A DNA stretch of 64,000 nt, taken from assembly GCA_002633005.1 (NCBI GenBank), contig NMRA01000854.1:1-64000 (forward strand), in the 5' to 3' direction. The first letter of the stretch is position 1, and every line of letters begins with the position of its first letter. The DNA comes from Phoronis australis. Its lineage: Eukaryota > Animalia > Phoronida. Below the pieces are notes generated by a model. The model was not told where the DNA came from, did no database searches, and saw only the letters and a list, made by a program, of their open reading frames with translations. Positions 47,041-61,600 of this stretch are shown one piece after another. The position numbers and the translations under genes were made by a program.

Positions 47041-47802
47041 TATATTCCATTGTTGTAAAAGTGGTTATACCACATTGTACTTTCCATAGTTGTAAAAGCA
47101 TCTTGTGCATTGCACTGGTCAACTACAGGAATGTCCACATATTACGGCATCCACCACTTTTTACCCTCTGCCGCCTATGTCATCACCCGCCATCGTGATA
47201 TAACCCCCCATACATCATCACAGCCAACCCCCTCCCGCATTTAGGCAGTAATTGAATAGGTTTGTCATTTGTCTATAGATGTTTACGGGTAAACCTTGGA
47301 AGAGTGAAACGACTGGTCCCATTCTGGAATTAGTTAATTCCCCTTGAAGGTGAACCAGTTTCCCAGTGATATATATTGTGATGGAGATATTTTAATAAAC
47401 CACATGGTGATGTCACCATTAATCTAATCCCCCATCATAAATCGTCATCTTTTCCAAACCTCCTCCCTCCCGAGTATTGACGTAATCCGTGAGTATTCTC
47501 TAACCACAGGGACCAAACTATTGACCCTGACATGAGAGCTTTAGCTTTCAGATGATTGGCAATGTTGCTGATTCCTTAATACCAGTACAAAAGAAGGATT
47601 CTTTTGAAAAATAAACTTATTATGGAATGATACCCCCCCTCTCCCGTTGAGTACTTGCTATGATTGACTAAACAATGTTGGTGGTTAGTGACTCAAAATA
47701 TGATGTTGAGAACTGGGTAATCAATCTTCTACGTTGTGGTAGTAAAAGAAAAAAGTTAACTACACTCGACCGAACATTTTATTTTTGTCTTTCAGGCACA
47801 GG

Positions 47803-49188
47803 ATGTTCAGCAGTGTTTTCAATCGCAATTGCTACATTGCGTTCGGAACTGTAGCTCTGGCGTATGTTCCAATAGGCTACTTAGCCTACAAGTCCAAGTT
47901 GACTTACAGTGTTGGAAACAATCCTGCATTTGTCAAATTCCGGAAGGAATACTTTCTGGCCTACTTTCTTGCCATGGCTGGGGACTGGCTGCAAGGACCT
48001 TACTTGTACAAGTTGTACGCTCATTATGGATTTCTTGAAGCACAGATAGCTGTTCTGTACGTGTGTGGATTTGCTTCGACAGTCATTTTTGGAACATGGG
48101 CGCCAGCGTTAACTGAGAGATTTGGAAGGAAGAAACTATGCGTTGCCTGCATGATCATCTATGTGATAGCATGCTTGTTGACACTGTCCTCTCTCTATGG
48201 CATTCTTGCTCTTGGTCGAATTTTAGGAGGTATTGCAACATCACTGCTATTTTCTTCGTTTGAGGCGTGGTATGTGCACGAGCACATTGACACTCATGAT
48301 TTCCCAAAGGAGTGGATATCGGTAACCTTTAAAATAGCCTCATTGTGGAATGGCGTCATATCAGTGGTCTGTGGTATAATTGCTAACTTGTTTGTTGGAA
48401 GTATGCCAGGCCTTGCGGGACCAGTTTGGCCTTTCATGTTGGCCGTGCCATGTTTTATGACTTCAGCACTGATTGTACTCAAGCAATGGAATGAAAACTA
48501 TGGTCATCAGAAAGTAAATCTTAGAAAGTCGTGCATGCAAGGGTTACGTGAGATTGCTTTCAACAAGCGCATATTTCTGATGGGTGCCATTCAGGCTTTG
48601 TTTGAAAGTGTGATGTACATCACAGTGTTTTTGTGGACTCCAGTATTAGATGGTATGACGCGAGCTGATGCACCATTAGGCATCATTTTCTCCACATTTA
48701 TGGTCTGTATCATGATGGGAAGTAGTTTGTTTCAAATCCTCTCGGCCAAAAATATATCTGTGTGTTTCATATTGGCTTTTGCCATGTTGCTGGCAATGCT
48801 GTCAAACTCTCTATGTGTCATATCTACTCACAAAGCAGTTCGGGAGGTGTCTCTCAGTTTTATTTGCCTCGCTTTATTCAATACCTCAGCAGGAATCTAC
48901 TTTCCGGCCATGAACTATTTACGAGACACGATTATACCGGAAATACACAAAATCTCCATCATTGGTTGGTTCAGAGTCCCTCTCAATTTCATCGCATGTA
49001 TCGTATTGATGACATTACATAATGATAACAGCCGACATGGCAACAATGTGATATTCATTGTCTGTTCAATTCTTTGCTGTGCTGCATTAGTCTGTGTTGC
49101 CAGTTTCCGTGCTCTCTTGAGAAAATCAGAAGATGTTGCAGAGTTGATAAATCGAAACGACAACCAAGAAACTCTTATTTTGGTATAA
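47803..49188 (+). CDS. MFSD5: Molybdate-anion transporter, MFS family (single coding exon, 461 aa)
   Basis: NNPAFVKFRKEYFLAYFLAMAGDWLQGPYLYKLY, GRILGGIATSLLFSSFEAWYVHEH, WNENYG, FLWTPVL, WFRVPLN; many TM segments; acceptor ttcag at 47795, first ATG at 47803. Confidence 0.95.
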   Translation: MFSSVFNRNCYIAFGTVALAYVPIGYLAYKSKLTYSVGNNPAFVKFRKEYFLAYFLAMAGDWLQGPYLYKLYAHYGFLEAQIAVLYVCGFASTVIFGTWAPALTERFGRKKLCVACMIIYVIACLLTLSSLYGILALGRILGGIATSLLFSSFEAWYVHEHIDTHDFPKEWISVTFKIASLWNGVISVVCGIIANLFVGSMPGLAGPVWPFMLAVPCFMTSALIVLKQWNENYGHQKVNLRKSCMQGLREIAFNKRIFLMGAIQALFESVMYITVFLWTPVLDGMTRADAPLGIIFSTFMVCIMMGSSLFQILSAKNISVCFILAFAMLLAMLSNSLCVISTHKAVREVSLSFICLALFNTSAGIYFPAMNYLRDTIIPEIHKISIIGWFRVPLNFIACIVLMTLHNDNSRHGNNVIFIVCSILCCAALVCVASFRALLRKSEDVAELINRNDNQETLILV

Positions 49189-50479
49189 TCCAGCTGTGTC
49201 ATTGTGAGACATAATCTTACACCTGGAATTGCAAATCTGACTATACCTGTTGAATTGAAACATTGGTAAATTATTGGAACTTTACCTTCATAAACAGTTT
49301 TTGTGAGGTACATGTATGCAGCAATAAAAATTCTGATGTGTAAACATGTTCAGTATAAAACTTGCCTTTGATGGGCACCCATCAGTCAGATATTCGGTTA
49401 ACTCGGGCAGAGTTCTGTGGTATAGCTGTATTTGTGCACTTGACTTTTCTGATAAGTCGCAATTTGCTGAACTCTCATGAAAATCTCAAGTCCCAGTTGG
49501 ATGCAACTTAAATGAGTTATACCTTTGATAATGCAAAATGGCAGTCCCAAGTGAATAGGGATTTTTGCTAAGACACAGCTATTATCATTGATTTAAATAA
49601 CTATTATCCAAAATAACTATTTTAATATCCAAAATAACTATTATCCAACCAAATGCTGTACTGGCATTCAATAAACATTGTAGTTACATCTGGTATCTAA
49701 GTAGATCTACTTTACGTGAAGTAGTGAGATGCAATGATCGAAATATTGGAGTTTTGATTCATTTACATTTTGTAGCTTTCCAAGAAAATGTGCTGGCTAC
49801 TTTGAACAGCCTATAATGACGAAATTGTGCTCTCATTGCTGAAGAATTGTACTGAATTTCCCACTTATTTTTCCCCTTTGTCTATTTACATTATGAACCA
49901 TGTGTGTCAATTGTTTGTCATTACTGTTCTGGTGAGTTCATTTCCATATCAGCCAATTGAGGGAGTATATTTTATGTTACAGTCGTCAGATCTGTAGTGT
50001 TCTTCTGTCAGTGGTTTGTGTCTGTTAAAGTTTCTTTAATTTAGAATGTAAAAGGACATTATTTGGTGCTTTCACTGGCAAAAATATTTACGGGGAAAAC
50101 ATTATGTGAAGAGAGAATTACCGCTGTAGGATTCGTCTGTGTAGAGAACGAATATTTATGAGCCACCAGGCACATTAGGCCTGCAGGAACTGGTTTGTTT
50201 CTTGAGCCGATAAGGGTCTTCAACTCCACAGGAGGAAATGCTAGTCCATGGCAGACTACTTTCCAGCCCTGGCTGGCCCTCGTTTTTAGGCAGACAAAAC
50301 TAAATAACTGTGGCTCCCATGACTTTTGGCAATTTCAGCTCAGCCTGGTGTTTTGTGAAATTTAAAGCCCCTGACATGTGGTAATAGGGTTGCCATTTTC
50401 CTATCATTTTTAAGAATTGTATGTTTTGGTTACACATGTAATATTCCTGTTTCTGGAGAGTTGATTTAAGATTACGCAT

Positions 50480-50968
50480 TATTGAAAGTTATGTGGCGAG
50501 CTGTATCTCAGCCTCAATACCTCAACACTAATTGTTGAAAGTTATGTGGCGAGCTGTATCTCAGCCTCAATACCTCAACACTAATTGTTGAAAGTTATGT
50601 GGCGAGCTGTTTCTCAGCCACAATACCTCAACACTAATTGTTGAAAGTTATGTGGCGAGCTGTATCTCAGCCACAATACCTCAACACTAATTGTTGAAAG
50701 TTATGTGGCGAGCTGTATCTCGGCCTCAATACCTCAACACTAATTGTTGAAAGTTATGCGGCGAGCTGTATCTCAGCCTCAATACCTCAGCACAAATTGT
50801 TGAAAGGTATGTGGCGAGCTGTATCTCAGCCACAATACCTCAACACTAATTTTTGAAAGTTATGTGGCGAGCTGTATCTCAGCCACAATACCTCAACACT
50901 AATTGTTGAAAGTTATGTGGCGAGCTGTATCTCAGCCTCAATACCTCAACAATAATTGTTGAAAGTTT
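50480..50968. repeat. Minisatellite, 53 bp unit
   Basis: ttgttgaaagttatgtggcgagctgtatctcagcctcaatacctcaacactaa about 9 times. Confidence 0.92.
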
Positions 50969-52689
50969 CAAACTGTGATCATTATGTATGGTAGTTTCTT
51001 CAAATTTGAACAAATCAAAATCGGAGTTTTCTATTTTTCAGCTTTCTGCTGTGTTACAGTGATGTATGTAGGGCTGGGTTCATCTCTCGTAACGGAAGAT
51101 AACCATGCCCTCCCCACACCTAGTTACACCAAAATTTTGATATTCATCACATCTTGATTGATGCAGATCATGGAGTGAACGAGTTCTGCGATAAACTTTT
51201 CAATTTTGCACAGTAATTGCAAAATAACAAAAAATGGAATTACACATGTCCGCCATGTTGTGTGATAAATTGAAGAGCATTTTATAATTCATTTTTGTTG
51301 GGTATCTTCAGAGCTCCCATTGTTTGTTCCAAGTTGAAGAAACGTTTACCCTATGACACTGCACTTATCTTACTGAATTGGTGGGTATTTTTTCGTTGTG
51401 GTTAATATGCTGTTATATAAAATCAACAGGATTCAAAAAGAAATGTCCTACTTTCAAGTTCATCAGCTTGTGTTGTTCTTGGCCATGGTCAGAGCACAAA
51501 ACTGGAAAGGTCAACACAAATATTAGAGATTAAATTCACCTTCCACCAAAGAAATTCCAACTTTTGACACATAGCACTGTGTAAGTAGTCTCAACTCGAT
51601 TGATTATTAGGTCTGGAAAGAACAGACTCTTCATAATTGTTACACTATACAGTGTTTAAAAACTTCTTGAACCTGGTCTCCATGCTCCAATTCTTACGGA
51701 GCCCAAATTCACCTCTAGAGATCTCGGTAAAACAAACAACTGAAATGACAAAGGTCTAAATTGAGTTATTTCTTTATGGAAGGCAGGTTCTGAGCAGTTT
51801 TGAAGCCACGTACAGTGTCACCTTTGAAAACTATTGTTTGTTTCATGATATGGGGTGGAAGTTGTGGAACCCTGAATGCATGGATGACAATCATAACATG
51901 CATATGAAATGCAGAACTTCTTGTTTATGAAGGGGTAGCCTGATTTTAACTACAGGAAACTTGTGGCATTGCGAGATGCGGGGCTTTGTGTTTCATTGCG
52001 AGTACATAAATCCCACACTAGAAAATCTCATTGATGAACTACAGTCCATTCTACACATAAAGGCGAATGACTTCACAGACTGAAAGCAGTCTTGCTAACC
52101 TTCAGCAATAAAAGACCAGAGTAAAAACAAATCTTATGAAGAGTTTATTCAGCAATATTGTTAACAGTCATCTCAAATTAATAACATCGACAATAAATAA
52201 AGCACTTTGAACACAGCGGATAGGATTGACAACAAAGTATTTTATTTTTCAGTTTGTACTAACCTAACACAGAATGTTTTCCACTGTAATAATCCCAATC
52301 AACAGCTGTTTCCATCACTAAGCTAACATTATGTGGCACTACACAGAGATCTAGTACACACTCAACAGATCGATAGTGAGATTTATATGCATTTACAAAG
52401 AGCTTACTTACAGTTTTGCTGAGAAATTTACCTGGCATAGGGTTCATTATTACAAAATACATAAGCTACAAAAAGACTAGGAACAATGCACGGCACTGGA
52501 AATAGTTACAACTAGCCCGCTTGCCATTTATCAAGAGTAGTAAAAATAAAGCATGCGTTACACACCGACTTTCCTTTTAATTGTATACACGACTAAATAG
52601 AAAGGTTGAAATTGGATGAATGTAAACATAGAGTGAGACTTAACGGTAGTCGAGGCAGCAGTGGTCTGGTGATGTTGTTCTTTGTACAC

Positions 52690-55600
52690 TTACTGTTGCT
52701 TGCAGTCGCCAGGAGTCTCGCCCTGTAATGACAAACAAATTACCTTGTGACAACAAAACTCAGGGTGGAAATAATTCATGGCCACGCCTCATTGTCATCA
52801 ATTCCTATGTTAGCCTTGACCAGTGGGGGAGCGTATATTGACAGTTGTGTCGTCCACAAGCTCGTAAAGCTCATCATTGCAAGCATTAATTCAGCATAAG
52901 TTGGCCCAAGGTTTCTTCAGAGTTTATTGGCTGCTTGGTTATTCAAAAAGTTAACAAGAGCAATGCGGAGTGGTGAAATGCACCCACGAATGCACCGCAA
53001 ATGGTGAGCTTCCAGGGGTTGCTTCTTTTTAGAGCTATTTGGTTGATAGAGGGGTGGACGTCAAAAAACAGACTCGAAAACAGTAAAATGGCCACTAGGT
53101 GGTGCAAAATACCTCGAATCCATCCGAAAACTGGAGGATAGCTTCATCTTGCCAAATTTTATAAAAATCCATTGAGGACCTTTGAAGATACAGAAGTAAA
53201 CCTAAAAAACTAAAATTGCCACTAGGGGACACAATGGTAGTCTGATCCGTCTGAAAGTTTGCTCATGCCGTCCCATACATGAAAGGAACACGTGCAAAAT
53301 TTCATGAAAACACGTCAAAGGTTTTGGAGATGAAGCAGCAGATGCCAGATGGATGGCCGGGATAATGGCATAATGCATCAGCATATAAATACGCAGGCGC
53401 ATAAGGAATAACCAACAGAAAACTAAAATTTATATTTAAGGAAAATCCCCTGATGCATGCAAACGTTCATGGCGTGTCGACCTTACAATCAGTTTTTCAC
53501 ATTCAAAACAGCCCACAGAAATTCGATCAGGGAGTTTACTAAGCTCAAAATATGAACGGCAAATCGAGAAGACTCTGGTTTAGTCTCTAAAACAGCACAC
53601 GGTGAAGCTTTGGTGTCGGAGGAGCTTCCAGTAAGTACAGTCTCGTATAGCGTTACTCTTCAGTGTAGGAGATTTTAGTGTGCACTGCTTGTAGTTGCCA
53701 TGGTTTGAAGTTTAAGACTGCATTGAGTTATGGGTACCAAGACTGCACTGAGTTTGATTTGAGTGACAAAAAAACAAAATGTACACCATCTGTAATATGC
53801 AAGCTGATGAAATGTAGAAGCAATCAAATGAAGCTAACAGAATTTACCAAGGCATCAGAAGGGGACTTAAACCAGCATGTCGCACTGTTCAGCTGACGAA
53901 GAAACAAAACTCACATTTTGGCCTTTTACTTTATCAAACCGGTCTCACAATATTCCTTACTGTGACAGGATTCCATTTCTGATAGCAATTAGTACTGTTA
54001 GGGTTGCCCATCCCCAATAGAAGCCTAAAGCATTTTCTGTAGTCTCTTATGGTTTTGATATTCTTTTTGGTAACAAGAATGCAATCCTATCACAGTAAAT
54101 AACCTTCTTTGATTTTTGTTCTTAGCCAGCTAAACAGGACGGAATGCAGCTTTAAGCAAGAAATGACAACTTAACTTGGGAGAGGGGTCTCCTCTTAGCA
54201 CTCGAAATCAAAGTTTTGCCTCTTTTCAATTCTACTTATGCCCAAATTAAAGATAATTGTTGATTTTTCTGTGCTCAATGAAAACTGTTAATGTGGATAA
54301 CTGACCAATCCTAGTTTGTAGTTAATAACCCCAGCATTACAGGTATAAATTTGAGTTTGAACTCGAGACCTCGAGTTTTTACTAGGAATCTCAAGTGTGT
54401 TCAAGCTTGAAGCTCGATTATAGGGACAGAGCGTAGAATAACACACATCTATCTTGAATTCACATAAAAGTAGACGGGAAAATGTCAAAAATAACAATGA
54501 GCTTAATTTCGAGTACCTAGAGTGAACCCCAGGCCAAGGACAGTACAGACCAGAGGATCATCCAACATGTAAAGACACACCCCAGTTCATGCACCAATCA
54601 CATGTAGCCAGCAGCTTTGCGCTGCATTGGTACAACGTCACAAACCATGGCAACAAGTTTCCCAAATGTTTCCAAACAGGTCAATAACGTCCTACATCTC
54701 CTTACATTATATACTATGTACAATCTCCTTGCACAAGTCTCAGACAATGCATTATTACATAACATAAGGACGGACAGCTTGTTTTTCACTTGACAGATGT
54801 CAATGCATGTAATGAACAGAGATCTCAAAACTACTCTGTACTTTATTTTCACCCATTTATAACCCACGAAGGCTTACAGCAAACGAGAGGCATCACACGA
54901 ATAGGAACAATTCGAAAATTTTAGCCTTCCATGCATTTGCATTTTTATTGGCAATTAATAAAAAACAAATTTCAATGCTGTTCAATTGCCACAATCATGT
55001 TAATGATTCAACACCAGGAATTTTAAAATCAAATTGAAAAATTTAATCAACTTTATATATTTTTGAAAAACATTTGATTATGTGCTGAAAGAGCATCATA
55101 AAAGTGAAATTCCCGAAGCTTTTATCTGTCAGACTAGAAGCTGAAAGATTAACAATAATTATTATACCGTTTCTAACACTCTTTAGATATTCACTGAACA
55201 CTTCACATAAAGTTGAATTAAAATCCAAGATCCTAATAAGAACACCGAGATTTCACATCAGCCAGTTTTACAACATAAAATCAACAGGTGAGTGAAAATA
55301 AACAGACATTTTCAATTCTTAAACAGAAACCACCATTCTTGGTTCATGGTGACATTTTTTTTTAATTTCTCGAGACCTGTGGAAGCAGACGCCAGGAAGG
55401 CAGGGCAAGAGGCTTCCACGATTCAAACAGAGTGTTTGACTGTCCTTGATAGCTATTGAGCAGTGGTACACCAAAACACGGATGATTTGGGCAACATATC
55501 TACCAACTGCATAAAAATCAAATGCCCTCATTTAAGATGCATGCACGGTCTCTTGCATTGAAACTCAAGCCAAAGAGAACATAAAACAATTCCAGAATGC

Positions 55601-58600
55601 CGAGTAACTGTAGTTAGATCATAGCAACAGCAGAGATTAACTGAGTTATACACCAATATACATGCAAGTACAATGATTTACCTGAATTTCACAATCCATT
55701 AGGCTAGTTAGCCTGATGGTCTAATGCTCCTAGCAAAAACAAAATTATTTAGTTCACAGTAGAAGCAGACGACGCTCAAGTGCGAGAGCCCCGTATAAAT
55801 AAAAATACTCTGTGAACACAGCCGACACCAAAGTCTTCAAGATAAGCCAAGGTTTTCTTTTACTAACCAAGCTCTTGCATTTCAAGCACTACATTAGATG
55901 ATAGACATTTTACAATTCAATTAAAACCCATTTTGTAACATGTCTATCCCCATCACTGTAGCAGATCTCCACTGTATCACTATGGGCTAATTGAACGGTA
56001 AAACAGATTCCAGTTAACTTGTACACACTGGGCAAACAACCGTGGAGAAATTTACTTGGATTGGTAAAGACTAGGTTAACATCAATTTTGTAAGAAATGA
56101 TTTGTCCTACTTGTAAATGATTCCTACTTGTAATACACGTTTAAGATATTTGAAATGCAAATGTGTTCAACACCCTTGACCATTGCGGCTCCATGCGCTG
56201 TTTGTGGTTTCTTTCCTGGTTAGGAAAATGAACAAATGAAACTACTTTTTGATGGGTCACATTCAAGCAACGACAGCATTGGATACCTTACATTTACCCA
56301 CAGCTAAAACAGTGCAGAGCCAGCTTGAGGTTTGCTCTGATACAATGTATGCAGAACCACAAGCAATATACTCACAGGTGCTGGCTTGTAATCAGGATCA
56401 TTGTCGTCGTCATCGTCATCCTGGTCATCGCCCACGTCCCCGTCATCGCCTTCTTCTTCTTCATACTAAATGAAGAAAAATACAAGGACCATGTAGTACT
56501 GAGAAACAATGGTGAACAGAGTCACAACTACACAACAGGAAAATCATCACAAAGACTAGAAAAAATTCTTGTTCTTGTTGCTTTCTAAGGGTGCGGAACC
56601 CATAGTCACACAGCTATCACTATCAGTCAGGTAAACAGGATTCATCAAAGCAAACACAAGCAGTTGAACTGTAATTCTATGTCAATACATGTCAAGCGTA
56701 TAGTTTGCAGCTATCTCCATAGCACACAATCAGGTCATTATGTTGAGACACTGCAGTAATGCAATAACCCTTTGAAAAATGGAGAAATTATAGTTTTGGC
56801 AATAATTTTTGCCAAACTGACAAAATTGTTTAGTAGGCAGTTTAATCTTGGTATATCAAACCAAGCAGACTCCAAGAATTCAGCAAATCAATGGCAAGGT
56901 TTGACTTTTTGACATGGTAAAAATCCCACACATCTGACATTGTGAAACATAATGGAGTTAGGAATTGTTCAGCAAAAACTGGACGGGAAGACTGTTATCT
57001 CAGGTGTTCCAGCCAACTTTTGCTCAGTTTATCCCGGGTGTTCCAGCCGACTTTTGCTCAGTTTATCCCTGGTGTTCCAGCCGACTTTTGCTCAGTTTAT
57101 CCCGGGTGTTCCAACCCATTTTTGCTCAGTTTATCTCGGGTCGCCTAGCCGACTTTTGCTCAGTTTATCTTGGGAGTTCCAGCCGACTTTTGCTCAGTTT
57201 GCCAGTACTTCAATTCAGATATCTTATCTTCTCATGTATAGACAACAATGTCTACATCCAATGTGCACATAGAACAAACTGCACTCACCTCTTCGTCTTC
57301 TAATGCCTCTCCCGTGAAGTAAAGCACAGCCCGAGGCACAACACGTTCCCGGATAAAATGGCCGATCTCGTAATCAGCAGCTAACAGTTCCTCCGTTTCC
57401 TCGTCCAACTCAAAGTCTTCACCCTCGGGAACTGTTCAGTAAGACAACAATGACAGTTAATTTGCTGGATCCGAGTTTGGTGAATAAGGTGGTTAAAATT
57501 GAAATAAAGAATGTTTTTGTATCTTATACATCAGAACAAATTGTGATTTTTGGTCTGGGTCAAAAAAATTCCAAAAGTTTCAGATCCTTTTATTTTCTAA
57601 CAATAATCCTGCAACAAATTTTAAATTTTTCAAGTTTATTGTAGACAATTAGATAATGCAAGGAGACATGGTTTTGGTGAATTTTTGTAGACTTGTTGAT
57701 TAACGTCATTTGTTTCCATGAATTAATACAAAAGAATCAGTTTAATTTAAATTCCAGTAATCTTATTCGTCAATCTCGGGTCCAGCAAATTAAAATGCTC
57801 GACATACAGTTTTGTGTGAATTTGTGCCTTTTCAAAGAAGTACTAAGGGCTGTTCCAGTAAAATCCGTGTGGGAGGGGGGGACAGCAGTAGAAATAAAAA
57901 TTCATGGGTGGTGGTCTTCAGAAAAAAACTCAAATTATGGGTTGTTGTTCCTGTAAGAAGTGATGCATTAAAAATGGGTGGTATTTTTTGACCTGTTAAT
58001 GTTGACAGGTTGGTTACTGAAAAAATGCAATTGGCATGTATCTTAACTTATTTCAATACAAAAAAGCCCATATTGCCAAAGAACAGAGTGCAATATGTTC
58101 ACTTAGCCATTAATCAACTCATGGGCAACTTGATTTCAGCCAACTGTTTGTCTGCAGTCCTATTGAATTGAAAAGTTATGCAACACTAAACTGGTGTTAA
58201 CACATATAAGAAAATTGATGATTTTTAAGTAAAAAGTATGAGGAGTAAGATAAACAAGTTCCAATATTCACTCGACATAGAAGTATAAAAGAGTTTGTGG
58301 AGACAGTTTGAGATTCATAGATCCTTATAATTGAAAAAATGTTCATTGAAATTATAGACACATGGTGAACAGAGACACCTGGTGGCTGCCAAAAGTATTG
58401 CTCACAGGCTACCTTAGTTTTTGGCAATATTGGACAAGGCAACTAGTTCTTGTCTGTCAATCATCTTAACAGGTCCTCCTGGAGGCAATTTGTTAGCAAG
58501 TGTTGGATTTTATATTTTAACCTATTAAAAATGATTAAAAAATTATGGGTCATGGGTTGGAGAAATAAATGAAAAATATGGGCGGTGGGTACGAAATAAA

Positions 58601-61600
58601 AGTGCCTCCCCCCTCCCATACAGATTTTGCTGGAACAGCCCTAAGGCCAAAAAACTTCAAATTGAAAGTATAGCAACGCAGCAATACTAACCACTAGTGT
58701 TAAGTAAAAGTATAGGCACCGACCTACAGTATTTATTTAGAAAAATTCAAAGTGAACGAAAATACAAAAACAGATTGTCATTTACACGTCACAGTAGCAA
58801 ACTGCTCATTTGATGAATCACAAGTCAATGCTGAATGTGATTTGGATTTTATATTTACTCAAGCTTCAAAACAATATGAGTGTTCAGCATAACTTATCCT
58901 CCATCTAGATCGGAAGTGAATCCATGGCATTAAATCTTCACATTTCCTAGGTAACACTGCACGACACTCGAAGACATGAACAGGAACGAAAATAGACATG
59001 ACCGATACATGTCATGAGACAAGGAAACCCCCTTTAACCGTATGGTGAGCAGCCACTGCCCTACAAACAGCATTATGAGTACCTAGCCACTTACGTTCAG
59101 GGGGGTTGAAGAAGTTGAAGAAAGAGTCTTCCTGGACCTGCTTGGTGACGACACGTGTGGTGCCGCGGCCCTTGTGTTTCTGTTTCTTTTTAACCAACTT
59201 CACCGTCACATTCATGTTCTTCATCCAGTCAATAGTACACCTGCAGAGGACAGTGACAGTTGTTACAACAAATATGGTCTCAGTGTTTACAGCAATTCTC
59301 CACTTTATTCGCACAAATGTGATTGCCAAACTTCGGTTTCCAAAGGCGTACTACCATGCCAAAAACAATGAAAACTTTGTCTAATGATGCTTTAGGACAT
59401 CTAAGACTACAATGTTCTTAATCTACAAGTTTGGAGACATTTGAAAAACTAGAATTTCACCTTTCGATCATATTGGGTGCTACATATGTAAAGAATTGCT
59501 GTACTGAAATTTCCACCTTTCTTGCCCTCTTAGTATCATTTTAATGTATATCCCATGATAGTCACATTATTCAGTTACATAATCTCCATGCTGACAATAC
59601 AGCTACGGGCACAATAGCGCAAACCAGTGATTCCCGAATTTCCCATTAAGTTTTCGATTGTCTTTATTGCAGTTAATAAAAAACTTAAGTCACATTTTAG
59701 CAGAGGTTTTACGCCCGATCATACCTAACAGTCATCAGCACATTTCTTATAAACGGCATGCTGCATTTGTTTACAGCAGTAAAACATGGCGACTAAATGG
59801 CAAATATTCTGGCTTTGACGACCACCTTCATGAGCCCGCTTGAAGAATAACGTGGAGATTAAAATCAAAGTTTCAACCCTCTTAGCTAAGAATGAACTTG
59901 TTATCTTTGACAAAAACATGCCCCTTGAATTTTACGAGGAGTCAACACACACCAACAGGGTCTACACACTGTACATCCACCGCAAAGCGACCTATGACTT
60001 CTCTTACCCTTTACATCTGATGATCTCTGGTCCCTCAAATCCAAATGGGTCCGACTCGTCAGGTTCGGAGCGCATGAAGTAGGTTTTTGTCAACACTGTA
60101 TTGCTGAAGTACTCGTTGGGCTCAAAGTGAAACTCTAATATAAATCCCTACAAAGTAATGCCAGTGACAGTTAAATATTGGTACCCACGGTATCTAGTTA
60201 TTTACAGTGATGGTATTAGTCAGAAAAATGGTTTCCAATGCGATAAGTCCAAAACGGAATCAAAAGCTGAGTGGTCACAATCCAGCACTATACTGACACA
60301 GTTAAACCCCACTTGATAAATGGCAACCGTATTTTATGTTTAACATATTCAAATTCAGAGAATGGCCGGCAGAGAACAGTGAAAATTGGTAATTTGTAAC
60401 AAAGAACTTTTTTATTGCTCTGGTCAAAACTAATAACTTCAAGGTCTATCCCATCCAACAAAATCCCAAAATGCGTTTTCCATTCATAAAACCAATTACG
60501 TCTCTTTACTTACATGTATTCCAACATAGCCTACACCATACTTGTAAATCTTGAGCAATACTTGAAAAGCTCTCAGCCAAGTTTACAATCTTGAACAATG
60601 CTTGAAAAGTTCCGAGCCAAGTTTGCAATCCTGAGCAATGCTTGAAAAGCTCCGAGCCAAATTTGCAATCTTGAGCAACATGCTATGAATAATACGCTGA
60701 CACGAAAGTCACGTATTTCTAAAGATATGCATGACTTTTCACCACTCGTCCTTCTGGTCGGCTTTTACAAGGAACAAAGAGAGCGCGGCGCCAGAGTAGG
60801 ACTCAGTTGCAATGACTGCATTGTCTGGTGCAAGCAAGACCCAATTAAGTGTTATTACCCAACCATAAACTATAGTAAGCATTTCTGCCTGAACATACTG
60901 AAGAATTTTCAAAATGCGTAAACCAACAGTTTCGTTAAAAACAAATACCACAGCGGTATTAAGATGGAAAAAACAACCAAGTTTGGTTTTTGATTTTCAG
61001 AAATCCGTAAACTACTAAGCTAAAAACTACAAACATTGGGTACGATTGAAGATAGACGACGGTGCGTATTTATATACAAACACTGATCAGAGTTAACAAT
61101 TTCACGTGGATTATTCTTTTAATATACAACTAAGCTACATTGAAACATCTATAAACAACACACAGTGACTAAATTAGATGTCAACAACTTTTAAAACATT
61201 GCTTATGGTCCAGTGCATGCCGACCTACTTAACTCGAGGAGTAGTACACTAACCGGAAAACTGATGTTCATGGAGATGTGCCAATTTCGATAGTTAGCTT
61301 GTAGTTGAAAAGGAATACGTGTAAAGACGAGAAGATGGCTAGTTTGTAATCAACGAGCAGTGGATGAGGTTGGTCGGTGGGCAAGAGCTGTGATTTCATT
61401 CTTATGACTTAGGAAAAGCTAGAATAGTTATGTAGTTACTGCAACCAAAAGTGTCCAGAGGTTCCAAATCTTCAGCTTGGCTATCACCATATTTGGACTT
61501 TTGTATATATTTTATGATTGGAGTTCTAATAAAGATTTAACTTGAACTGATGACAGGTGTAGTTTTGTTTGCTGTGACGTGTTTGACGTAGCTGGAAAAT

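Noticed and set aside
50480-50968. Regular repeats suggesting a CRISPR array (also 18695-19310, 37863-38160, 56995-57200)
   Set aside because: Units are contiguous without unique spacers, there are no cas genes, and the context is eukaryotic: minisatellites.
58808-58890. Box C/D-like tgatga...ctga in a NAP1L intron
   Set aside because: On the strand opposite the host gene and with no convincing terminal stem or guide.
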